Shown: positions 56,116 to 64,000 of the stretch, in pieces
How the letters are laid out: each line of letters begins with the position of its first letter
Numbering within the stretch: position 1 is the first letter of the stretch
Origin: an uncultured delta proteobacterium
Lineage (GTDB): Bacteria > Myxococcota_A > Polyangia > Fen-1088
Direction: 5' to 3'
Assembly: GCA_963767925.1 (NCBI GenBank)
Contig: CAVYGB010000008.1
Coordinates: forward strand, 640,001-704,000
DNA: 64,000 bases
The notes under the pieces: generated by a model
The model's database searches: none
Told to the model about the DNA's origin: nothing
What the model saw: only the letters and a program-made list of their open reading frames with translations
Position numbers and translations under genes: made by a program

Positions 56116-57861
56116 CTAGGACCCCCCGCGGGCGAGGAAGGACTTCTGTCGCACCACCTCGAGCATCAGGCTGCGGATGTCGAAGCCGCTCTGCACGAAG
56201 GCGGTCTGGAGCTGGCGGATGGCGCAGGAGTCGCGCCCGCCGTCTTCACCGCCGCGGGCGTAGCGGAACATCTGGCGGGCGAAGCAGGCCTGGGCGTTGG
56301 GGCTGCCGGCCAGGATGCGGGCCAGATCGGCCGGCCCGTCGAAGGGCTGGCTCGTGTCGGCGTTCAGATCCTCGAGCCCGTTGACCTGCCCGCTCGCGTC
56401 GATGGGCTGGCCGTGCTCCTCGGAGCGGTAGGCGGCCACCCCGTCGTAGCGCTCGAACCCGAACCCGATGGGGTCGATGAACTTGTGGCAGCCCTTGCAC
56501 ACCTCATCGGTCGAGTGGCGGGCGAAGCGGGTCCGGGTGGTCAAGGTGGGATCGAGCCCGGGGGGCATGATGTTCAGGCTCTCGGGCGGCGGGGGCAGGG
56601 TCTGGCACATCAGCCGGGCCCGCACGAAGACGCCGCGCCGGACGGGGGAGGACTCGTTGGGGTGGGCGTGCATCCCGAGGACGCTGCCCAGGAGCAGGAC
56701 GCCGCCCCGGGGGCCGGCCTGGGGCGTGGTGCGAGACGGGATCTTCTGGGCGGTGGCGCCGCCCCCGGCCAGCCCGTAAAAGCGGGCCAGCGGCTGGCTG
56801 GCGAACACGTAGTCGGCGTTGAACAGCTCCTCGAGCTTGCCGGTCCCCTCGAACACGGCGTGGCTGACGAAGGCGTCCTGTTCCTCCACCATGGCCCGGC
56901 GGACGGCGTCGTCGAAGCCCGGGTAGACGGTGGCGTCCTTGTTGGTGAAGAGGAACCCGTCGGTGCCCAGCCACTGCCGGAAGAAGGCCAGCACGGCGGG
57001 CCGGCTGCGGGGATCGGCGATCAGGCGGCGGGCCGCGGCCTCGAAGCCGTCGGGGCGGCCGAGGGCGCCCGAGCGCGCCGCCTCCAGGAGCTGGTCGTCG
57101 GGGGTGGTGCCCCACAGGAAGTACGACATCGCGGTGGCGACCTCGTAAGGGCTCAGCTTGTAGGTGCCGTCGGCCGTCCGTTCACCCATCTCCGAGCGGT
57201 AGAGGAAGTAGGGTGAGCTGAGCATCGCCCGGACCACCAGCTCGATCCCCTTGTCGAACGACCCGCCGGTGACGGCGGGGGCGAACATGGCCAGATAACG
57301 CGTGATCTCCTCGTTCGAGAGGGGGCGGCGGAAGGCCCGCTGCCCGAAGCTGGTCACGAAGGTGCGGTCGCAGCCCGCGGCGGGCGCACAGGGCGCCAGG
57401 CGGGTGCGGCTGAGCGGGATCGCCGCCACCGCCAGCCGTTCGGCGGTCGCCAGGTATTCGTCGAGGTGGCGGTTGGTCACCACCGAGGCGCCGGCGTTGT
57501 TGTCGAACCCGTCGACAACCGATTCGACCGGGAGGTTGTCCACGCTGGGGCGGGGGACGCCGAGCAGATCGGTCACGGTGCTGGCGTATTCGGCGCGGGT
57601 GAGCAGCCGCAGGCGGCGCGGCCCGGGCACCTCCTCGCCCTGGCAAGCGGCCATCGCCCCGGTCGTGGGCGGGGCGGACGCCGGCGGGGGCGGTACCGGG
57701 TTGGCGGGGTCCGAGGGATCGGAGGGATCGCCGGGGGGACGCACGCCGGTCGGGGGCTCGAAGGGAACCGGTCCGATGACCGCCCCGTTGCAAGCGAGCG
57801 GCAGCAGGGCGACGAGACCGAGGCGGAACATTTGCGTCATCACGGGAGAGCGTTCCTCCAT
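56116..57861 (-). CDS. DUF1587/1595/1592/1588/1585 (PSD) domain lipoprotein with one CxxCH
   Basis: LRLLTRAEYASTVTDLLG, FGQRAFRRP, LSSPYFLYR, LSPYEVATAMSYFLWGTTPD, SSPVRRG, CKGCHKFIDPIGFGFERYD. Confidence 0.9.
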   Translation of the reverse strand: MEERSPVMTQMFRLGLVALLPLACNGAVIGPVPFEPPTGVRPPGDPSDPSDPANPVPPPPASAPPTTGAMAACQGEEVPGPRRLRLLTRAEYASTVTDLLGVPRPSVDNLPVESVVDGFDNNAGASVVTNRHLDEYLATAERLAVAAIPLSRTRLAPCAPAAGCDRTFVTSFGQRAFRRPLSNEEITRYLAMFAPAVTGGSFDKGIELVVRAMLSSPYFLYRSEMGERTADGTYKLSPYEVATAMSYFLWGTTPDDQLLEAARSGALGRPDGFEAAARRLIADPRSRPAVLAFFRQWLGTDGFLFTNKDATVYPGFDDAVRRAMVEEQDAFVSHAVFEGTGKLEELFNADYVFASQPLARFYGLAGGGATAQKIPSRTTPQAGPRGGVLLLGSVLGMHAHPNESSPVRRGVFVRARLMCQTLPPPPESLNIMPPGLDPTLTTRTRFARHSTDEVCKGCHKFIDPIGFGFERYDGVAAYRSEEHGQPIDASGQVNGLEDLNADTSQPFDGPADLARILAGSPNAQACFARQMFRYARGGEDGGRDSCAIRQLQTAFVQSGFDIRSLMLEVVRQKSFLARGGS

Positions 57862-57992
57862 CGCACCTTTATCTATTGTCACGGGGCCCCGGCTTGTCTC
57901 ACGGCCGAACGGCTCATTGGGCCGGATCTTTCTGGTCCGGACGCGCGTCGCGTTGCCTGGTCGAGCAGCGCCGACTATCATCGGAGCGCCCG

Positions 57993-58739
57993 ATGCCGGA
58001 AACCATCACCGCCGATAACCTGGTCGACCGGACCTTCAAGAGCAAGGGCGGTCTGTCGCTGCCGTACCGCCTCCACGTCCCGCTCGACTACCTGCAATCG
58101 AAACGTTATCCGCTGCTGCTCGTCCTGCACGGCTCGGGAGAGAAGGGGACCGACAACCGTAAGCAGCTCGCCAACGGCGTGCTCGCCTTCTGCGATCCGC
58201 GGCTGCAGCGCAAGCAGGCCGCGTTCGTGATCTATCCACAATGTCCCGAGTCGGCCCGCTGGGTGGAGGCGCCCTGGGCCGAGGGCCGCTACGACCTCAC
58301 GCAGGTGCCGCTGAGCGCGCCGATGTCCGCGGCCCTCGAGCTGCTCTCCGCGCTCGAACAGGAGTTCACGATCGATCCTGCGCGCCTGCTGGTGGCGGGG
58401 CTGTCGATGGGTGGCTACGGCACCTGGGACGCGATCGTCCGCTACCCCGATCGCTTCGCGGGGGCGATGCCGATCTGTGGCGGCGGGGATCCCACCCAGG
58501 CGGCCGCGGCCAAACGGGTGCCGGTCTGGGCCTTTCACGGGGCCAGGGACACGGTCGTGCCGGTCGCGGCCTCGCGCTCGATGGTCCAGGCCCTGCGCAA
58601 GGTGGGCGGTCGCGTCCGCTACACCGAATTCGCCGGCGTCGGCCACGACGCCTGGAACAAGGCCTTCGCCGACAGCAAGGCGCTGGCCTGGCTGCTCGGG
58701 CAACGCCGCCGCCCGGCGCCGCCGGCCCGCGGCGGCTGA
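57993..58739 (+). CDS. Alpha/beta hydrolase (carboxylesterase/predicted peptidase)
   Basis: LPYRL, YPLLLVLHGSGEKGTDN, PQCP, GLSMGG nucleophile, WAFHGARDTVVP, GHDAW. Confidence 0.9.
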   Translation: MPETITADNLVDRTFKSKGGLSLPYRLHVPLDYLQSKRYPLLLVLHGSGEKGTDNRKQLANGVLAFCDPRLQRKQAAFVIYPQCPESARWVEAPWAEGRYDLTQVPLSAPMSAALELLSALEQEFTIDPARLLVAGLSMGGYGTWDAIVRYPDRFAGAMPICGGGDPTQAAAAKRVPVWAFHGARDTVVPVAASRSMVQALRKVGGRVRYTEFAGVGHDAWNKAFADSKALAWLLGQRRRPAPPARGG

Positions 58740-58885
58740 TCCCCGACCTCGCCGCCCGCATCGTGCGTCGAGCCGTCCGGCTCCCTGCGACGGAAGCACG
58801 ACAAAGCTGACAGACCCCCCTCAAAGTCGCGTGGTGAACGCGAGGGTCGGGGCGGTCCCCGGGCGGTCGGGGGCGTTTTTCTGCG

Positions 58886-58901
58886 AGGCACGGCCCTTGC
58901 T
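58886..58901 (+). promoter_or_regulatory. Putative sigma54 -24/-12 promoter
   Basis: AGGCACGGCCCTTGCT matches the TGGCACG-N4-TTGC(A/T) consensus apart from the first base; SD GGAGG at 58915, ATG at 58925. Confidence 0.7.
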
Positions 58902-58924
58902 GAGCCCATGGCCCGGAGGCGTTC

Positions 58925-61900
58925 ATGGCTCACTCCCTGAAGAACAAGCTGATCTTTCTGGCCTGCGCGGTCGGCCTCGCGTCCTGTGGCGACGCGGCAG
59001 GTCCTGGCGGCAATCCCACCGGCGGTGGACCGAACCCGGGGAGCAACCAGCCGCCCGCCCAGCCCGGTCAGACCGACTTCACGACCGAGGAAGCCGGCGG
59101 CAACGGCCGCCCCGAAAATACCTCGACCGGCAACGGAGGCGCCGCCGGTCCCCTCACCCCGCCCGCCGCGGCGCCCACCCCCGGCGGGGCCCCCGGCGAT
59201 GGCCGGGCTGCCGCGCCCACGCCGCCCGCCGGCCGGCTCGGCGACGTCGAGGAAGCGGACATCTACAAGGTCGACGGCAACCGCCTCTTTTATCTGAACA
59301 CCTACCGCGGCTTCATGATCTACGACGTCAACGACCCCAAGAACCCGCAGCGGGTCGCGCGGTTGCCGGTCTACGGCTACCCGATCGAGATGTTCATCTC
59401 CGGCAACACGGTCTACGCCCTGCTGCGGGACGCGCTCTACCTGACCCAGGTGGGCGATCGTCCCCAGTTCGAGCGGCACAACGTCTCGCAGCTCGTGGTC
59501 ATCGACATCGCCGACCTGGCCAACCCCAAGGTGGTGCAGACCGTCGACATCCGGGGGCAGCTCCGGGAGGGCGTCTCCCGCAAGGTCGAGAACACGATCT
59601 ACGTCGTCTCCTACTACCCCCGCAGCTACTACTGGGGCTGGCAGCCCGATCCCAACCAGATGAAGGAGCAGGCCTGGGTCTATTCGTTCGACGTGGCCCA
59701 GGCCCAGAACGTCCGCAAGGCCGGTGAGCTCAAGATCTTCGAGGGGGGCAGCGTCACCATCCAGCAGGACGGCTACCACTACGACCGCAGCTTCTCGAGC
59801 GTGGCCATCTCCGCCACCGCGAACGCCCTCATGGTGGTGGAGAACTGGTCCATCAACGCCTACTCCAGCGGCCCGGCCGGAAACCGGGGCGAGTGGAGCT
59901 GTGGCAGCTACAACAGCACGCAGCTCGCCAAGGTGTCGCTGGTCGACATCAGCGATCCCAGCGGGGCGATCAAGCTGCACGCCCAGTTCGAGACCGCCGG
60001 GGCCCTCACCGACCAGTTCAAGATGACCTACGACAACGACCCCCAGGCCCGCACGGGGACGTTCTACGGCATCTTCGCCCGCCAGGTCTGGGCCTCACGC
60101 GGCTGCCAGGGAGAGTCGTACACCCAGAACACGCTCGAGTCCTGGGACGTCAGCGTGCGGGGCAGCCCCAAGCGGCTCGACGAGCTGGCCTTCGGCAAGC
60201 CCAACGAGACCGTGCGGGGCAGCGCCTTCGACACCGACCGCAAGGTGGCCTACGCCATCACCGCCGAGCAGATCGATCCGATGTACGCCCTCGGCTTCGC
60301 CGACCGGACCGACCTGAAGAAGCTGTCGGAGATCGACGGGCTGTCCGGGGACATGTCGGTCTTCCGGCTGGTGGGGGACAAGAAGTACCTGCTGGCGGTC
60401 GGGCAGGACGCCAGCGTCGCCTGCACCGGGTTCCAGGACAGCGAGGGCTGGCGGGCTACCCGCATCGCGGTGAGCCTCATCGACGTGCAGAACCTGAACG
60501 ACATCCGGCTGGTGCAGCGCCAGTGCGTGGCGGTCAAGAACGCCGACTGGATCGGCTCGGACGTGTCCAACAACCTCGACCAGGCCCACAAGATGCTGGG
60601 CATGCACTTCGACGGGCAGGTCAACGTCATCACCGTGCCGGTCTATTACTCCCGGCGCATCGGCCAGGAGAGCGACTGGTCCTGGGGTCACCGCTGGGAG
60701 ACCGCGGTCGGCCTCATGACCTGGGACCTGGCCAAATACAACCCCCAGCTCGCGCCCCAGCAGCAGAACGTGATCGAGAACTTCGGCACCTTCGTGCACC
60801 CGCACGGTGAGGTGAAGCGCTCGATCGTGTTCACCCACCAGGGTGCCACCCCTCGCCGCATGATGATCAACCTCTCGGACACCCACGTGTCGGTGGCGGA
60901 TCTGGCAGACATGCGCAACCCGACCCTGCAGGCCGAGATCGAGGTGGCGCCCTATTACAACCAGATCTACAGCTTCGGCTCGTACCTGGTCGAACAGGTG
61001 CAGGCCAAGCCCAGCGCCTGGGGCAACCCCGGCCAGGACCTGCTCACCTTCCGGGTCAAGAAGGCGGGCGGGAACCTCGACGAGGCCCCCATCGTCGCCA
61101 GCCTCGACGTGGGCCGGGTGTACCGCGTGCTCAAGCACGACAGCAGCCTCGTGCTCTTCCGCCAGCTCGACCAGGGCCGGGTCGATCAGCGGGGCATCTA
61201 CCTGCCGCCCACCAACGAGGCGGTCGTGCTCGACCTGACAGATCCCACCCGGCCCCGGCTGGCCGGGCGGATCAGCGTGCCCCTGCTGCAGGTGCCCTAT
61301 TACCGCTTCTGGTGCGGCATGGACGCCTATTTCGGCGGGTTCTGGTTCGACCAGGTCAACAACTTCGCCATGACCGAGCGGGGGCTGGCCTTTCAGGTGA
61401 GCGAGTGGCGCTCGGACAACGACCGGTCCTGGATGGTCAACAAGCTGGTCTTCCTCGATCTGCGCGACCCCGACGCCCCCGCCGTCAGCGAGCAGGCGCT
61501 CCCCGACACCGGGAGCTACGAGTGGGGCAGCTTCGGCATGGTGGCCGACCCGATGGCCCCCGACGGCTTCTGGGTGAGCTACCGCCGCAAGATCGGGGAG
61601 ATGACCACCCGCGAAGGGCTGGTCTACACCCGCTACAAGTACTTCGCCCAGCGCTGGGAGCCGGAGGGCGCGGGCTGGGCCGCCCGGTACGACATCAACA
61701 CGCCCGGGCGCCTGATCCGCACCTGGCAAAAGGGCGGGGGCGCCGGCGCGGGCGCGCGGATGTTCCTGGCCCAGGACTCCTCGTACCGCGTGGTCACCGA
61801 GGGGCAGAACAGCAGCTACGTCTCCGACTACCGGCTGTCTCTCCTCCGCCAGGTCGAGGTCGGCGGCAAGCCGGCCGCCGAGTTGCTGGGCAGCCGCGTG

Positions 61901-62446
61901 CTGGAGAACCTCTCGCCGGGGGGCCTCATCCTCGAGGGCGACACCCTGCTGATCAACGGCAAGCCCGGGCTCAACGCGTTCTGGGGCGTCGGCGGTGGAG
62001 GCGGGGTCGCCCCTCCCGGCATCTCCCGTCCGGCGGTGGGGGCGGTGACCTCCGCCCTCCTCGAGACCCCGGGCTGGGAGACGACCTCCGACCGGCTCAT
62101 GATCTTCGACCTGTCGGACAGCCAGCTCGCGCTGGTCTACGACGAGCCCACCCGCATGTACAACATGCAGCTCATGGCGGCCCACGAGGGCAAGCTGTTC
62201 GTCAACCTCGGCGGCAACGCGGGCTACTACGACCCCTACGGCGGCGCCGGCGGCGGTGACGGCATCCTGGTTGTCGACGTCAGCAACAGCCAGGCTCCGA
62301 AGGGCATCAAGTTCCTGCGCACCCTGGGCTTCGCCACCCACCTCGAGTTCTTCGGCAACGACGTCTACGTGGCGGCCGGTCACTTCGGCCTGTTCCACCT
62401 CGACCTGGCCGCCGCCCCGGCCATCCCGGCCGAGCCCATCCAGTAA
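58925..62446 (+). CDS. Large beta-propeller domain lipoprotein (Beta_propel family)
   Basis: Lipobox LASC; VEEADIYKVDGN, DQFKM, ETVRGSAF..AYAITAEQIDP, LVVIDIADLANP-type blade repeats. Confidence 0.82.
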   Translation: MAHSLKNKLIFLACAVGLASCGDAAGPGGNPTGGGPNPGSNQPPAQPGQTDFTTEEAGGNGRPENTSTGNGGAAGPLTPPAAAPTPGGAPGDGRAAAPTPPAGRLGDVEEADIYKVDGNRLFYLNTYRGFMIYDVNDPKNPQRVARLPVYGYPIEMFISGNTVYALLRDALYLTQVGDRPQFERHNVSQLVVIDIADLANPKVVQTVDIRGQLREGVSRKVENTIYVVSYYPRSYYWGWQPDPNQMKEQAWVYSFDVAQAQNVRKAGELKIFEGGSVTIQQDGYHYDRSFSSVAISATANALMVVENWSINAYSSGPAGNRGEWSCGSYNSTQLAKVSLVDISDPSGAIKLHAQFETAGALTDQFKMTYDNDPQARTGTFYGIFARQVWASRGCQGESYTQNTLESWDVSVRGSPKRLDELAFGKPNETVRGSAFDTDRKVAYAITAEQIDPMYALGFADRTDLKKLSEIDGLSGDMSVFRLVGDKKYLLAVGQDASVACTGFQDSEGWRATRIAVSLIDVQNLNDIRLVQRQCVAVKNADWIGSDVSNNLDQAHKMLGMHFDGQVNVITVPVYYSRRIGQESDWSWGHRWETAVGLMTWDLAKYNPQLAPQQQNVIENFGTFVHPHGEVKRSIVFTHQGATPRRMMINLSDTHVSVADLADMRNPTLQAEIEVAPYYNQIYSFGSYLVEQVQAKPSAWGNPGQDLLTFRVKKAGGNLDEAPIVASLDVGRVYRVLKHDSSLVLFRQLDQGRVDQRGIYLPPTNEAVVLDLTDPTRPRLAGRISVPLLQVPYYRFWCGMDAYFGGFWFDQVNNFAMTERGLAFQVSEWRSDNDRSWMVNKLVFLDLRDPDAPAVSEQALPDTGSYEWGSFGMVADPMAPDGFWVSYRRKIGEMTTREGLVYTRYKYFAQRWEPEGAGWAARYDINTPGRLIRTWQKGGGAGAGARMFLAQDSSYRVVTEGQNSSYVSDYRLSLLRQVEVGGKPAAELLGSRVLENLSPGGLILEGDTLLINGKPGLNAFWGVGGGGGVAPPGISRPAVGAVTSALLETPGWETTSDRLMIFDLSDSQLALVYDEPTRMYNMQLMAAHEGKLFVNLGGNAGYYDPYGGAGGGDGILVVDVSNSQAPKGIKFLRTLGFATHLEFFGNDVYVAAGHFGLFHLDLAAAPAIPAEPIQ

Positions 62447-62456
62447 GCTTCCGCGG

Positions 62457-62519
62457 GAGCAGAGCGCCGGCCGGATGGTTTTCGGCCCCGTCGTGCCGGC
62501 GCTCGGCTCTCTTTCTTTT
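62457..62519 (+). terminator. Possible intrinsic terminator between convergent genes
   Basis: GAGCGCCGGC...GCCGGCGCTC stem followed by TCTTTCTTTT; the loop is unusually long. Confidence 0.35.
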
Positions 62520-64000
62520 CAGTCGAGGGTGGGCCAGGACAGCAGCAGGGTCTTCCGGAGCACGGTGGGCTGGGTCTGTCCGGGCGGGGGGCTCTGGTCG
62601 ACGATCTCGTAGACCTCGAAGCTGGTGATGCGATCTTCGGGCCGGCCGGTGCGGCGGTGGTAGGCCTGGATCCAGTCCGAGAGGGGAGGGTGGTAGGCGC
62701 CCTGGCCGGCGATCCGCTGCATGTAGTCGCAGAAGTATTCGTCCTGGTTCAGGTACTCGGGGATCACGCTGGTGGGGGCCGGCGCCACCCGGCTGCCCCG
62801 TTCGTTGAGGGGGTCGACGTGGCGGCCGTCCGAGGTGACGGCGTCGACGAAGATGTTGTGGTCCTCGGTGGGGGCGTTGGGGGCGAACATGCTCCAGCCC
62901 TGGAACAGCCGGGGGTATTCCACGACCATCCGCATCCAGAGGGCCTGGCCCAGCTTGAGGCTCTCGGGCACCGCCCGGTTCTCCATCAGCACCTGGCTGC
63001 CGAGGGCGATCATCAGCAGGACCACGCCCACCTCGCGCACCCGGCTCGCCTGCAGGCGCCACCAGCCCCGCCAGGGGGCCTCCGGGGCCGGGGCGACCGG
63101 GGAGGACCCGTCGAGGGCGGTCCAGCCCAGCCAGGCCGACAGCGGACCCCGCCCCCGGGCGACCATCCGGTAGAGCCGCTCGAGCAGGGCGCCGAGCAGG
63201 GGGGCTCGCAGGAGGAGGGCGATGGGCCGGCCGAAGGGGACCGCCGCGAAGGCGGAGGCCAGCGCCCGCCGGCCCTGCAGCCGCTTGCCGCCGTCCTCGA
63301 CGATCAGGTCGGGCTCGGACCGTCCGGGGGCGAAGCGGAGCTGCTGGTAGCGGTCCAGGCGGGCGAGGACCCGGGCGAGCGCCAGGCACACGCCGCTCGT
63401 CTCGTCGATCACGACTCGCCGCACGCGCGCCACCCGGGGGGCGAACCGTCGGGCCAGCCGATCCCAGTCGCGGTCCGGGATGAGCAGCAGGAAAAACCCG
63501 ATCATGTTGAAGGAGAACAGCCCCAGGTTCAGGAGGGCGGCGAAGCCGAGGTGCAACCCGGTGATGAGGACGACGGCGAGCCGCCGGCTGGTCCGCCAGC
63601 CGAAGGGGTTGAGCACCAGCAGGGGCGCCAGGGCCTCGAGGGCGAGCGAGGCATAGCTCATGACCTGCGAGAGGGTCGGAGTCAGGTGCGGGCGGATCTT
63701 CCAGCCCAGCCAGGTCACCAGGCGATCCTGGTGCAGGGCATAGTGGACCGCGCTGCCCTCGCTCCAGGTCTCGCCGCCCTTGTGGACGACGTTGAAGTAG
63801 TAGATGAGGCTCACCTGCAGCAGGAGGGCAACCACGGCAAGAGAGACCACCGGCCGGGTCTCGAGCGGCAGGTCGTCGCGCCGGTCGAGGTCGGCCAGCG
63901 TCCGCTCCCGCCGGGCCCGCAGGCTGGCCCGCAGCGAGTCGATCGAGAAGCGCGCCCCCATCGGCAGAAACAGGGTCCAGGTGCACAGGATGTTGAGGAC
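62519..64000 (-). CDS. HTTM domain + DCC1-like (DUF393) fusion membrane protein, 5' end outside the window
   Basis: Frame stays open to the window edge (WTLFLPMGARFSID); LQVSLIYY..K..W.EG.A, LHLGF..LGLFS, VIDETSGVC, QGWSMFAP. Confidence 0.8.
   Translation of the reverse strand, partial: VLNILCTWTLFLPMGARFSIDSLRASLRARRERTLADLDRRDDLPLETRPVVSLAVVALLLQVSLIYYFNVVHKGGETWSEGSAVHYALHQDRLVTWLGWKIRPHLTPTLSQVMSYASLALEALAPLLVLNPFGWRTSRRLAVVLITGLHLGFAALLNLGLFSFNMIGFFLLLIPDRDWDRLARRFAPRVARVRRVVIDETSGVCLALARVLARLDRYQQLRFAPGRSEPDLIVEDGGKRLQGRRALASAFAAVPFGRPIALLLRAPLLGALLERLYRMVARGRGPLSAWLGWTALDGSSPVAPAPEAPWRGWWRLQASRVREVGVVLLMIALGSQVLMENRAVPESLKLGQALWMRMVVEYPRLFQGWSMFAPNAPTEDHNIFVDAVTSDGRHVDPLNERGSRVAPAPTSVIPEYLNQDEYFCDYMQRIAGQGAYHPPLSDWIQAYHRRTGRPEDRITSFEVYEIVDQSPPPGQTQPTVLRKTLLLSWPTLD

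Noticed and set aside
58741..58852. Inverted repeat CCCCGACCTCGC / GCGAGGGTCGGGG as a MITE or structured RNA
   Set aside because: Short, imperfect and GC-rich, with no target-site duplication or second copy in the window.

Overview
Very GC-rich bacterial DNA carrying about 50 protein-coding genes. The repertoire is strongly myxobacterial (probably Myxococcota/Polyangia; this is inference): an FHA-sigma54 activator, a Ser/Thr kinase-TPR-RCC1 module, DUF4388 proteins, a DUF1592/DUF1552 pair, a CFI-box protein, an AgmX/PglI-like domain protein and a beta-propeller lipoprotein. I see no rRNA, tRNA, CRISPR array, transposase or integrase. The best candidate for an undescribed system is a three-gene minus-strand operon at 33650-39710. 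It encodes two different lipoproteins built on the hydrazine synthase alpha (HzsA)-like architecture, carrying six putative heme-c motifs (including atypical CX4CH and CX6CH), flanking a secreted HEAT-repeat protein. Upstream lie a sigma54 -24/-12 element and a tandem palindromic enhancer-like site. The window also holds many intact but catalytically degenerate homologues: enolase, class II terpene cyclase, SIR2 fused to TPRs, sigma54 activator, receiver domain and DCC1. There is a candidate 164-nt structured RNA upstream of the HU gene, and signs of leaderless transcription. Several genes are split by single-base indels, concentrated at about 38.0-40.1 kb; these look more like long-read errors than true pseudogenes. 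All family calls come from motifs recognised by eye, not database searches.
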